DNA of 64,000 nt from a virus. The notes under the pieces were generated by a model that saw only the letters and a program-made list of their open reading frames with translations, did no database searches and was not told where the DNA came from. Shown piece after piece: positions 38,901 to 49,800 of the stretch (positions are counted from its first letter, which is position 1; every line of letters begins with the position of its first letter). The stretch lies in the IMG/VR virus record IMGVR_UViG_3300023109_000007, positions 73,747 to 137,746 of that record. The stretch is one strand, 5' to 3'. The position numbers and the translations under genes were made by a program.

Positions 38901-41741
38901 AATGCTAATGTTGCATTTACTGGTTCAGGAGCACAAGCAAATGCTGTATTTGAAGATATAAGAGATGGCGGATTATTCGAAGCAAGATTGCTTACACCAC
39001 CAGATTCAGGTAGCGCAGGCGGCAGTGGATATACACTTGAAGGTAACAACGCACAAGATGGTGACGAAACTACTATTACTCTTGCAACAGCAGATGATAA
39101 TGACGCAGCAGCGTATACAGGGCAGCGAATTCTTATTACATCAGGTGTAGGTACAGGACAGTATGGATATATACAATCTTACAATTCAGTAACAAAAGTA
39201 GCATCTGTTTATAAAGAAAGTAATGATGAGCCAGGTTGGGATCATGTTGTTGCAGGTACTGAAATTGCTAGTGAACTTATAAGCAGTACAACATATAGAA
39301 TTGAACCAAGATTAACTGTAAATGCTCCTGCCTTTACAGCAGAACAAAAATTTATTCCAGGAAACGGTAACTGGGTAGATGTTGCCTTTGGCGGCACAAC
39401 TGAAACTTTCTTAGATATTGCAGGCGAATTTGGTACAGGAGAAACTACTGATGTAGTTGCACAAGTTGCTAGATTTAATGTTACAAAGACAGGACAAAGT
39501 TACGTTGTAACATTAAGAAGCGGTTTTGATGGAGCAGGATATGCTGTAGGCGATACTATTACAATTGTTGGCGCATCAGTTGGCGGTACAACACCACTTA
39601 ACAATATTGTAATTACTGTCACAGAAATATCAAATGATAGTACAAACAGTATTTCAAACTTTACAACAACCGGTACAGGTACAGAAGGACGTTTTGTATC
39701 AGTACTTAAAGGTTCACTAAGTGCAGCATATTCTAGTAATGGCGGAGACTCGTGGTCACCAGCTGACTTGCCTGATTCAGGAGACTGGACAGCAGTAGCA
39801 GCAGGAAACAACAGATTTGTTGCAATTAGAGATGCATCAGCAAGAATGGCATATAGTTTAGATGGCATAAATTGGACTAGAGGATTCTTACCACAAAACA
39901 GAGAATGGATAGATGTAATATATGCAAAGAATAAATTTGTTGCTATTGCAGCAAACTCTCAAGATTATGCAATATCAGAAGATGGCATAACTTGGACTGA
40001 GCAAGTATTTCCAGATGTTACTTCCGGAGGAGTTGGTGACTCAACAGCAACACAATGGCAGTCAATTACATACGGAAAAAATAAGTTTGTAGTATTATCA
40101 AATGCCGATAATGTAATTGCAACATCGCCGACAGCTGGTACAGGATCATGGACAGTTTACGAAGATGCACTTCCGGTAGTTACTGATTGGCAAAGTGTTG
40201 CATACGGTAACAACCGTTATGTTGCTATATCAAGAACAAACAGTGAAGCAGCATATAGTTTTGATGGCGAAACATGGACATCAGCAACTATGCCAAAACA
40301 AGACGGATCATCACATCATAACTGGACTAAAATTAGATACGGACAAGGCATATTTTTTGCAGTAGGTGATACAGGTAGTAGAGATGTTGGACAGGACCCG
40401 ACTTTTGGTGAAACTACATTTGCAGCAACATCTGAAGATGGAATTATATGGACCAACAGAGAACTACCAAGCCCAAGACAAAAATATAGATCATGTGCAT
40501 TTGGATCGTTTGAAGGTAGAGGCAGATGGATGCTAACAGCTGAGAATGACATTGGTGACGGAACATGTAGAGTGTTTACTGGTTGTAGAGCAAAATTGAG
40601 AGCTAATATTAATACTGGTGTGTTTAGTGAAATTAAAGTTTGGGATCCAGGTAGTGGGTATACAGCAGAAGATCCTGCTGTAATAACAATAGTTGATAAC
40701 GCATTTTCAGTTGCAGTATTAACAGAAAACAGAATAGGTAACGGCGTTCTTGCACAACCTAGCTTTGTATTTAGAGGTTTTGGATATAGAACATCTAGCA
40801 CACGAGCAAACATAAGTGGTGACGGTTTTGCAGATATTATTCCAATTGGTGCAGATATAGTTGTAGATAATTTAGACGTATATCCAGGACCAGGTGCACA
40901 GTTCTTGTTTGCAAGTATTCCAGACTTAGACACTGCTAACGAAGACGACTTAAAGATTTTCACAGTACAGCAGATAACACCACTTGGTGCTGATGATAAT
41001 GGAAAATTAAAAGCAGGAATAAAACTTACACCTATTATAGAAAACTCAGACAGTCTTCAAAACGCTGTTGTAATAACAATACGTTCACGTTATTCACAGT
41101 GTCGTATTTCAGGACACGACTTCTTAGATATCGGAACAGGAAACTTTATAACAACAAACTATCCAGATGTTTATTCAGACGGTGCTTACTTTATTGCTGC
41201 ACCTGAAAACGAAGTACAAGAAGAAAACGGTGGACGAGTGTTCTATACAAGTACAGACCAAGATGGTAACTTTAGAGCAGGTGAGTTGTTTAGTGTGCAA
41301 CAGGCAACAGGTATTGTTACAATTAGTGCTGAGTTCTTTGACTTAGATGGGTTGAGTGAATTAGCACTAGGCGGAGTTAGACTTGGTGGTTCGGGTGCTG
41401 TTGTTAGAGAATTCTCAACAGATCCAAACTTTACTGAAGATAGTAACAACGTTGTTCCGACACAACGAGCAATAGCAACATTCTTGCAAAACAGACTTAG
41501 CCAAGGTGGTAGTGCTCTTGAAACAGGAACACTTATTGCAGGTGTTACACGTCTAGGTAACAAAGGAACAGAGGACCAGTATATTGACACTACAACTGGT
41601 ATTGAAATATTATTACCGAGAAGAATGGTAATTGATAAAGGAGCAGAGATTAGCGGAACAATAGTTAAGCAAATGATCATTCTAAGCGAAAGCGGAAATG
41701 ACTTTAGCACTGACAATGACTTTAGTGACGGTAGTTTTTAA
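35976..41741 (+). CDS. Giant virion protein: CBM5/12-like W-Y-GD repeats, beta-helix and beta-propeller
   Basis: Repeated W....Y..GD.V.Y.G..Y.C...H units; repeated W..VAYG.N.FVA propeller blades; paralogue of 41794 plus 43818. Confidence 0.75.
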   Translation: MAEFNLERFKYNWTGEWTPFISYKRDDVVRHGAKSYVCVVTHTADANFYVDLDYILPNSNPPVSQPKWKVMTDGKSTFVGDWTIGNEYRLGDVTLYSGTLYYCVVAHTAAEFGAEITNWSVLAIGNKFVGSWAPTTYYGPNALVKYNGIVYKCLVGHLSQSALIGIEDEFGDDSAGKWEVFLDGVEFVGNYAGGTRYRKNDLVKYGSSIWRCTVGHSGANPIDNRYFNVEFPGQNTEGDWNADNSYQEGDLVRSGGSVYLAIASTTGEKPDFVDSSSTWLKVSHSNNFRGDWDATATYSTGDLVRRGGELFRCVRNTLNDGSTLDYLDDNDWELVVPSQNWKGPWTQDTTYGRGDIVNFFGNTYYASQSHLSTDNNFPGDNGSGFNYWDLLVQSGNTVGMNNTGDLLTYNLSRRLQGDGSTFDVTNVPIGERQQVLMVDDNETLGYEYYSKASNQLYVSLDGIDDETDTLRGSIHLPFRTVKYAAEYADKNFNGELCKIFISTGRFEETLPIIVPKNCVIMGDELRSTTIAAGSPDPDLAVDLSYRKTVIARLRAIMPNMLSGGEFEKTPGNTFDFDNTFPASDSTNTNNLQVLLDTYDDYLDFYIGSIGNVADTEGNNGADTSTEVGYARDILLNNRNFIIGEATATMDNFRADVTSANGSEDWLIGATGNLTVGLPIKFADTIGGLEANVRYYVHSIVDNITFKVSKRVGDDPVDLISEVKTVQQYYDYKAQQVTLDISLLIEALRYDLLYPGNYKTKLAARYYTNDILGSNLEDMFYFRDATGMRQCTIEGLKGVLNPPGVFEFYQRPTAGAYASLDPGWGPEDERCWIMTRSPYIQGVTTLGTACIGMKVDGALHNGGNKSMTANDFTQVLSDGIGAWIDNNGRAELVSVFTYYNQVGYLATQGGVIRATNGNNSYGRYGAVAEGIDPNEISKTATVFNRNQDAQVSAVFAGEVSDFILNLEYSNAGQNYTNANVAFTGSGAQANAVFEDIRDGGLFEARLLTPPDSGSAGGSGYTLEGNNAQDGDETTITLATADDNDAAAYTGQRILITSGVGTGQYGYIQSYNSVTKVASVYKESNDEPGWDHVVAGTEIASELISSTTYRIEPRLTVNAPAFTAEQKFIPGNGNWVDVAFGGTTETFLDIAGEFGTGETTDVVAQVARFNVTKTGQSYVVTLRSGFDGAGYAVGDTITIVGASVGGTTPLNNIVITVTEISNDSTNSISNFTTTGTGTEGRFVSVLKGSLSAAYSSNGGDSWSPADLPDSGDWTAVAAGNNRFVAIRDASARMAYSLDGINWTRGFLPQNREWIDVIYAKNKFVAIAANSQDYAISEDGITWTEQVFPDVTSGGVGDSTATQWQSITYGKNKFVVLSNADNVIATSPTAGTGSWTVYEDALPVVTDWQSVAYGNNRYVAISRTNSEAAYSFDGETWTSATMPKQDGSSHHNWTKIRYGQGIFFAVGDTGSRDVGQDPTFGETTFAATSEDGIIWTNRELPSPRQKYRSCAFGSFEGRGRWMLTAENDIGDGTCRVFTGCRAKLRANINTGVFSEIKVWDPGSGYTAEDPAVITIVDNAFSVAVLTENRIGNGVLAQPSFVFRGFGYRTSSTRANISGDGFADIIPIGADIVVDNLDVYPGPGAQFLFASIPDLDTANEDDLKIFTVQQITPLGADDNGKLKAGIKLTPIIENSDSLQNAVVITIRSRYSQCRISGHDFLDIGTGNFITTNYPDVYSDGAYFIAAPENEVQEENGGRVFYTSTDQDGNFRAGELFSVQQATGIVTISAEFFDLDGLSELALGGVRLGGSGAVVREFSTDPNFTEDSNNVVPTQRAIATFLQNRLSQGGSALETGTLIAGVTRLGNKGTEDQYIDTTTGIEILLPRRMVIDKGAEISGTIVKQMIILSESGNDFSTDNDFSDGSF

Positions 41742-41767
41742 GGAAAAATGAGCAATCAACATATTAG

Positions 41768-41775
41768 GATAAATA
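41768..41775 (+). promoter_or_regulatory. Late promoter variant GATAAATA
   Basis: Upstream of the GGAG SD of 41794. Confidence 0.55.
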
Positions 41776-41793
41776 CTTTGAGCGGAGTAGAAA

Positions 41794-43818
41794 ATGGCAG
41801 AATTTAAACTAGGTAGAATTAGGTTTGTCTGGAAAAACAATTGGACAACCAGTACCACATACTATAAAGACGATGTTGTCTTTAACGGCGGCAGAATGTA
41901 TATTTGTGTCATTGGACACGAAAGTCAGGCAAACTTTTATAGTGACTTTGACGTTGTTCCGCCAAAATGGAATATTGTCAGTGATGGATTTCAGTGGAAA
42001 GGTGACTGGTCAACAGGCACAGCATACATCTTTAATGACATTGTAAAATACGGCGCTCGCTTGTATGTAGCAACAGCAGTACATACATCACAAGCATCTG
42101 CTAATGACGGATTAGAAGCTGATATTGGAAACTGGGATGTCTTTGGCGAAGGCTTAGACTTCAAAAGTACATGGTCAGTAAGCACGAAATATAAAATAAA
42201 CGACCTAGTTAAATATGGCGGCTATTCATATGTATGTATTACTCCACATACATCGTCAGCAACAGCATCGCTTGGTTTAGAAGCAGATCAATCTAAATGG
42301 TCCGTTCTTAATGCAGGTATTGAATACAAAGGTAACTGGCAAGGTTCTGCAACAAGATATAAAATAAATGATGTTGTTAAGTACGGTGCAAGTCTTTGGC
42401 TTGCAACAACTGCTCATTCAAGTACTAATAACTTTTCAACAGATGAGTCAAATTGGACACAGTTTGTTCAAGGTTTCCAATTTGAAGATGATTGGGATAC
42501 TTACAAAGTTTACCAAAAAGGTGATGTTGTTAGATACGGTGGTAATCAGTATGTAGCATTAGAAAACCATACAGGATCACGTCCAACAGATGAAACAGAT
42601 GATCCTAATAACTGGCAGCTATTTACAGAAAACTTTAGATTCTTAAACGCTTGGGGCGAAGACTCAACTAACCAAGATTATAAAGTTGGTGAAGTTGTTA
42701 AGCACGGCGGATACACATACTTGTGTATTAAAGACAGTAATAACAATGAACCACCAGACGCAACATATTGGACAAGACTAAACAGTGGCTTTAATTGGAA
42801 GGGCGCATGGGTAGATGATTCACGTTATATATTAGGTGATGTAGTACGTTACGGATCAAGCAGTTATGTTTGTGTAAATGCACACTGGTCAGAAGGTGAT
42901 GACTTTTCAACAGTACAAGTTGGTGCAGCCGGCGGCGGAAATGAAAATTCACGTCCAGACCGAGACGCAACAGGTACATACTGGAACGTTCTAACAGTTG
43001 GTAGTGAAGCAGAATTCCTAACTACAAAAGGCGACTTAGTTTATTACGGCGGTGCAGGTCCAACAAGATTACCAGTAGGTAGCGAAGGACAAGTATTACG
43101 TGTAAGCGACGGAGCAATTCCAGAATGGTCATACTTGGGCGCAACAGACGATGTTTACTATGTTGCACCACATGGTGTTGATAAGCCTGCTCCAGATGCA
43201 GGACGCACAATTGATAAGCCTTTCAAAACTATTAGATATGCATGTGAAGCAATTGAAAATGGATCAAGAGTTCCAGCAGTTGCACGTATGTTAGAATTAA
43301 ACAGACAATTTATAACAAGAGAAATTGTTGAGTGGACAGATTATCAAGTAACAAATAACATTGCTCCTTTCACAGCAGCATTTACATATGCACAAGAAAA
43401 ATGTGAAAGAGATATGGGTTTCATTGTTGACGCCTTTATATATGATTTAACACATGGCGGAAATGTAAAATCAAGAGAAGCAGCATTACGTTATGTAAGA
43501 GATCCAGGAAAATTTTATGCACTTGGTCAAGAAGCAGAAACTGTAGCTAGTATTAACTACGGCATTGCATTGATACAAAAAGTGCTTCTAGGTGAAGCAC
43601 CAGCAGTAAATTACCAAACAACAAACGGTGATAATTCAACAGCAGTAGTTGCACAGTATTTTGATACTAACTTTACTAGCTTAGATACACTAGAATATAA
43701 CGGAGCCGGAGGCTCTACAGGAACAGCATTGGGCGTTAACGCATCTATCCAAGATCCAGATGCAACTGGTAGTGGCGGCTACGGCGGTGGCGACAATGAC
43801 GGCGGAGGATACTACTAA
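41794..43818 (+). CDS. Virion protein, N-terminal half of a split paralogue of 35976..41741
   Basis: MAEFKLGRIRF vs MAEFNLERFKY; same W-Y-GD repeats; ends inside a CxRD helical repeat. Confidence 0.75.
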   Translation: MAEFKLGRIRFVWKNNWTTSTTYYKDDVVFNGGRMYICVIGHESQANFYSDFDVVPPKWNIVSDGFQWKGDWSTGTAYIFNDIVKYGARLYVATAVHTSQASANDGLEADIGNWDVFGEGLDFKSTWSVSTKYKINDLVKYGGYSYVCITPHTSSATASLGLEADQSKWSVLNAGIEYKGNWQGSATRYKINDVVKYGASLWLATTAHSSTNNFSTDESNWTQFVQGFQFEDDWDTYKVYQKGDVVRYGGNQYVALENHTGSRPTDETDDPNNWQLFTENFRFLNAWGEDSTNQDYKVGEVVKHGGYTYLCIKDSNNNEPPDATYWTRLNSGFNWKGAWVDDSRYILGDVVRYGSSSYVCVNAHWSEGDDFSTVQVGAAGGGNENSRPDRDATGTYWNVLTVGSEAEFLTTKGDLVYYGGAGPTRLPVGSEGQVLRVSDGAIPEWSYLGATDDVYYVAPHGVDKPAPDAGRTIDKPFKTIRYACEAIENGSRVPAVARMLELNRQFITREIVEWTDYQVTNNIAPFTAAFTYAQEKCERDMGFIVDAFIYDLTHGGNVKSREAALRYVRDPGKFYALGQEAETVASINYGIALIQKVLLGEAPAVNYQTTNGDNSTAVVAQYFDTNFTSLDTLEYNGAGGSTGTALGVNASIQDPDATGSGGYGGGDNDGGGYY

Positions 43819-46800
43819 TGGCTACAGTATTTGAAAGAGTACAATCGCTCGGTGAAATAATTACCGATGCAGTAACAGCAGGTGTGGATACTAATGTACC
43901 ACCCAGAGAAATTAGGAACAGTTTAGTAAAAGTAGCAACAGGTACTTATACTGAAGTGCTTCCGATACGTGTTCCAGCAGAAACATGTATTATAGGTGAC
44001 GAATTACGTTCAACTAACGTACAACCTAGAAAAGCAACAAACGCTACACTAACTCCTAGAAAGGACTTTAGATTTAGCCATCATGCATTAAACAGACTTA
44101 CTGAAATTATTGGTGATGTTGTAGACGGTACCTCCGTAACGCCAACATCAGGAAATAACGTAACTCAGTTTGCACAATTTCCATTAGGTCAGCCTGCAGA
44201 AAGAGATTCTGCAGAAATGCTTTCAAAAATACTAATAAGAAATATTGACTCTTCATTACAAACACAGCTAGGAAGAGAAATTCCAGCAAGTGCTTCAACA
44301 GATGGAGATTTTCAAAAAGCAGCTGACATGATTAGTATAAACAAAGAGTTTATACAACAAGAAGTTATTGCTTACATTAAAGACCAGTATCCAAACTTAG
44401 ATTATAGTAGAACATCATGCAAAAAAGATGTTGCATTTATTTCAGATGCAGTTGTATACGACTTAGTATATACAGGTAACTGGCAAAGTATTCAAGCAGG
44501 TCTTGCATATTATGACGGTAGTACAGGTAATCTACAAATTGATAGTGAAGAAAAAACAGCAACTATTGCTGCATATACACACTTAAAAGATGTATTAAAG
44601 CAAATAGGTAGAAGTACAGCAGTTAGCCCACAGTACTCAACAGGTGGCGCAGCTCAGTTCTTAGGCGATGGCGGCTCAGTTGCAGCGTCAACAGCTATTG
44701 ACGGCTTAGTAGATGATATTATTACAATAATTAATCTAGGACCTGACAATGCTCCAACAATTACATATCCAAATGTAGCAGGCGTTGCAGCAGGACTTAC
44801 AGGTGCTTCAACAACATTACTTACAAAGTATACAGATATTAAAGAAGGTGCTATTGACTTTATAAGCAAAAACTTTGGTAGCTTTAGATATAATGCTACA
44901 ACTTGTCGTAGAGACTTAGGACGCATACTTACAGACGTTGCACTAGACGTTGCATTAGGTACAAACTATAATGCAGTGTTCAACGGTATTTCATATACAC
45001 GCCCTGTAAATGCATATAACTTGCAAACACAGCGTACAGAAACTTCAGGTGCTATTAGATTTGCAAAAGGTCAAGCAGGCGCAGCATTAACTGATGCAAC
45101 TGCACTTAGTAGAAGTAACGCAGCATTTGATGAAATATTAGATATCTTAGACAATAGTTCAATTTACACAACTGGAGCAGTACCAGGTGACGGACTTGCA
45201 GATGCACTAAGTTTACCAACAGGATTAAGTTCAGCAGATCAAACAAATGCTGCTGCACAGCTAGATGCTAACAGAGTGTTTATTGCAGCTGACGTTAATG
45301 CTTATGTAGCAGCTACATATCCATCATTAACATATGACGCAGCAAAATGTGCAAGAGATGTAGGATATATATTAGATGCTTTAAGATATGATATATTATA
45401 TGGCGGAAACAGTGCTTCAATAAGAATTGCTCAATCGTACTTTGGTAGCACAGGTGCAGCTTATCCAGCAGGTCAAATTACTGAAACAGCAGCAGCTTAT
45501 ACACATATGAAAAGTATCTTAGATGATATCATTGAAGAAACATCTATTACTCCGCAAACAGGTAATACTGAAACACAAAACACTGCAGGAACAGCAGGTA
45601 CTAGTACAGAATCTACTACTGCTCAAAATAATTTACAAGTTACAATTGATGCAATTACAGCAGGTAACACAGATAGTTTACCTACAACAGTATTTCCAAA
45701 CTTAGCTACACTAGGTGTTAGTGGAACATTACAAACTGAGAAAGCTGCTATAGATACAGCACAGCCTACTATTATACTTGATACAATACAGTATATTAAT
45801 ACAACATACAGTGACTTTAAATATAACCAAGCTAAGTGTATGAGAGACATTGGATTGATTCTTGATGCTGCTCGTTACGATTGGCAGCTAGGATCTAACT
45901 TTGCAGGTATGGTTGCAGCAATGAGTTATTTGCGTAGACCAAGTGCAAAAGTTAGGGATGAACAAAAAGCAGCTTCACTAGCATCATTTAAATATGCAAA
46001 AGAACAAGCAAAATTAAATGTAGGCGGTGATGCAACAGCTATTGCAGGATTAGAAACTACATTTGAATGGATTGATAATGTATTATTTGGTGGTTCAAAC
46101 GAAGGATCAAATAGACAAACTGATGAATTTAATGTATATGCAGCAAGACGTCAATTAGAACTTAATAAAGAATTTATTAAAGAAGAACTAACAACTAAAG
46201 TTAACAACTTCTTTAAAGGTACAAGTAGTGAAATTGGCGCAGCAAACATAATTACAATTTCAAGTACTAACTGGTTGCACTTAGGTATGGAAATTAAGTT
46301 TGATAGTATACTTACAGGTGTTCCTGAAATAGTCGAAGGTCAAACTTACTATGTACGTACAATTGTTGACGGTACACACTTTACAATATCAGAAACATAC
46401 GGCGGCGCTGAACATACACTTAATCAAAGTACTACAGGTACAATGAATATACTTCCAGTATACGAATACAACACAACATTATGTAAACGTGATATTGATT
46501 CATATATTGACGCAATTAAAGAAGATATGACATGGCCAGCTAATTATCGTAGAGATTATACAGATAGTATTTCTTGTGTATATCCAGGTATATATAAAAC
46601 ACGTTATGCAGCTAGATACTATGTAAATAGTGTAATTGGTTCGCAAGAAGAAGATTTCTACTACTTACGTAACGGTACTGGCATAAGACTACAAACGCTT
46701 CAAGGACTAGACGGCGACCTAAGTCCAAACAATGCCCTTGGCACTAAACGTCCAACAGCTGGTGCTGTTTGTTCGTTAGATCCAGGTTGGGGTCCAAATG

Positions 46801-49800
46801 ATGAAGATGTTTGGATTATTTCAAGATCACCATATGTACAAAACTGTACAACATTTGGTAACGCAGCAGTTGGACAAAAAATTGACGGTGCGCTACACAA
46901 TGGCGGTAACGACTCAATTGTTAGTAACGACTTTACACAAGTTATTAGTAACGGTATTGGTGCATGGATTACAAACAACGGTAGAGCAGAGCTTGTGTCA
47001 GTGTTTACATATTATGCACACATTGGCTACCTTGCAGAAAACGGCGGCAGAATACGTGCTACTAACGGTAACAACTCATACGGGTCGTTTGGTTCTGTAG
47101 CAGAAGGCGTTGATCCTTTTGAAACACCAATTACAGGTATTGTTGATAACAAGTCACAATATAACGCAACTGTTGTTTCAGTAGAGAGTGATGCAGATAA
47201 ACTGTTTAGCTTTGAATATTCGCATATGGGTAGTGACTATACTGTAGTTAACTATGATATATTTGGACCAGGTGATGGTGAAGTTATTGAAGGTGACGAA
47301 TTCCGTGACGATGGTGTGTTTAATGTTAGAATACTTGATTTAGATGATTCAAGTGGTGAACTAGGAGGTAGTGGTTATGTAAACGTACAAAACACTGCAC
47401 AGTCTGGTACTACAACATCACTTACACTTGCAGCTACAGACGGTAACATTTCGAGTGCTTATCCAGGTATGAAAGTATTTGTTACAGGTGGTAATGGTGT
47501 TGGACAACATGCTATTGTTAAAGCATACAACTCAGGATCTAAACAAGCAGACATTGTTAGAGAAACTGAAACAGTCTTAACAGCAGGTAGTTTTGTTACT
47601 AGTGATTTGTATAGAATTGACGAACTAGGTACAACAGACTTTACACTAATAAGTAGTTTAACAAATCCACAGCCAGGACAGATATTTTCAGCAACAGGTG
47701 CAGGCGCCGGCGACGGTAAAGCAACTAAGGTAGTTGATGGTTGGGATCATCATGTTAAAGGAACAACAATCGTTGCTCCAAACAGTAGTTCAACATATGT
47801 TATTGAACCACAAGCATTCTTTGATGCACCAACTGCTCCAAACGCAACAACAGCAGATAGAGCTCAATCAAGAACATTTGAAGATACAGTTTATGCAGAA
47901 ACTGCAAAACTTTATAGCGCAGTAGGAGTTACAACTTACAGTGGTACATTTGGAGCTGATGCTACATTTAATATTACTAGAAACGGTAGCAAGTACTTTG
48001 TTGATATCGCCGGCGGCGGTAGAAACTACGCAAGATTAGAAACTATTACTCTTGCTGGTACAAGCATGGATGGTGCTACACCAGCAAACGATATTACAGT
48101 TACAGTAACATCAGTTAACTCAGCAACAGGTGCAATAACAGGCATTGACTTTGCTGGCTTTGGTAGAGCAGGACAATTTGTAAGTGTTACAGCAGGCGCT
48201 GAAGTACAATTAAGTGTCGACGGTACAACATGGACAGAAGTTACACTTCCAGGAGCAGCACCAACTGGTCAAGTAAGAATTGCAACTGGTCTTATATTTG
48301 ATGGTAGTTCGTTACTACGTGATAGTGCTACAGTTATTGTTGCACAAACAAGTACTAATGCTAATAACATTTGGTATGCTACAGACGATTTAACAAGTTG
48401 GACAAATACTACACTAACTGGTGCTACTATTAACCAACCAATTGATATTGCGTTTGGTAGTGGTAAGTTTATGGTTGTACATGCAGGTAGCGACAGTCAC
48501 TTCTTTAGTGAAGATGGCGGCGTTAACTGGACAGAAAAAGCAAGCACACTTCCTGCAACAGGTTATGAATTAGTAACTTATGGACAAGGTAAGTTTGTTG
48601 CAGTTGATAAAGTTACAGCAAATGTAGCGTATATTGATCAACTACAAGCAACACTATCAGGAACTTGGCAGATACAGACACTTCCAAATGCAGATAACTG
48701 GGCTGATATTGCTTATGGTAACAATAGATTTGTAATTGTAAGTAATAACAATAATAGAGGTGCATTAAGTGTAGACGGCGGAGATACTTGGTCAGAGATT
48801 ACACTACCATCGGGAGCGTACAGTAGTATTGCTTACGGTCAAGGTGTGTTTGGAGCAACTAGAACAGATAGTACTAATGTTGCATATTCTGAGTTTGGTA
48901 ACGAATGGCAAGAAATATCTGTTGGAGACAACAGTGGTCCAATAGCATTTGGTAATCCGCAACGTACAGGTGTGTTTAGTGTTAACGGAACTGGCGCAGG
49001 AACTACCCACAATTTACTTACAATTGGTTCAAGAGCTAGAGGTAGAGCTGGCGTAGCAAGTGAAAAAGTATTTGAAATTAGACTAACAGATCCAGGTTCA
49101 AACTATTTAGGTGCAGAAGCTCCAAAAGCATACATATATGATCCAAACAACATTTATGATGTTGTAGTTGAAACAAGAGTTGGCAAAGGTGTTGTTGGAC
49201 AACCTAGCTTTGCTAATAGAGGATCAGGATTTATTAGTGCAAGTGCAGAAGTTAATGCTGCAAGTTCAAATGGTGTTGCAGACTTCTTCCAAACAGGTAC
49301 ATTTGTTGCTGTAAGAAGACTTACTGAAAGACCAATTGCTGGTTCAAACGTTGTATTTGGTAGCTTACCAGACAAGACATTTAAACTAGTTAATATTGTA
49401 TCGTTTGTAGGCGATGAGCCAGGAACATATACAGCGTTCTTAAACTTATCACCACAGATGTCAGTAGTAGATGCTCCAGTAGATGGCGATAGTGTAACAC
49501 TTAGAATACGTTACTCACAAGTACGTCTAACAGGACATGATTTCTTAGACATTGGTACAGGCGGATTTCAAACTACTAATTATCCAGGACTTCCTACAAT
49601 AGACCCGGATCAAACAACAGAAACAAGAGTTGGCGGCGGCGGACGGGTGTTCTTTACAACAACTGACCAAGACGGTAACTTTAGAGCAGGTGATTTGTTC
49701 AGTATTGAACAGTCAACTGGTATTGCAACGTTGAATGCTGATGCATTTAACATTGCTGGTCTCCAAGAACTTTCACTAGGTGAAGTTACACTAGGCGGTG

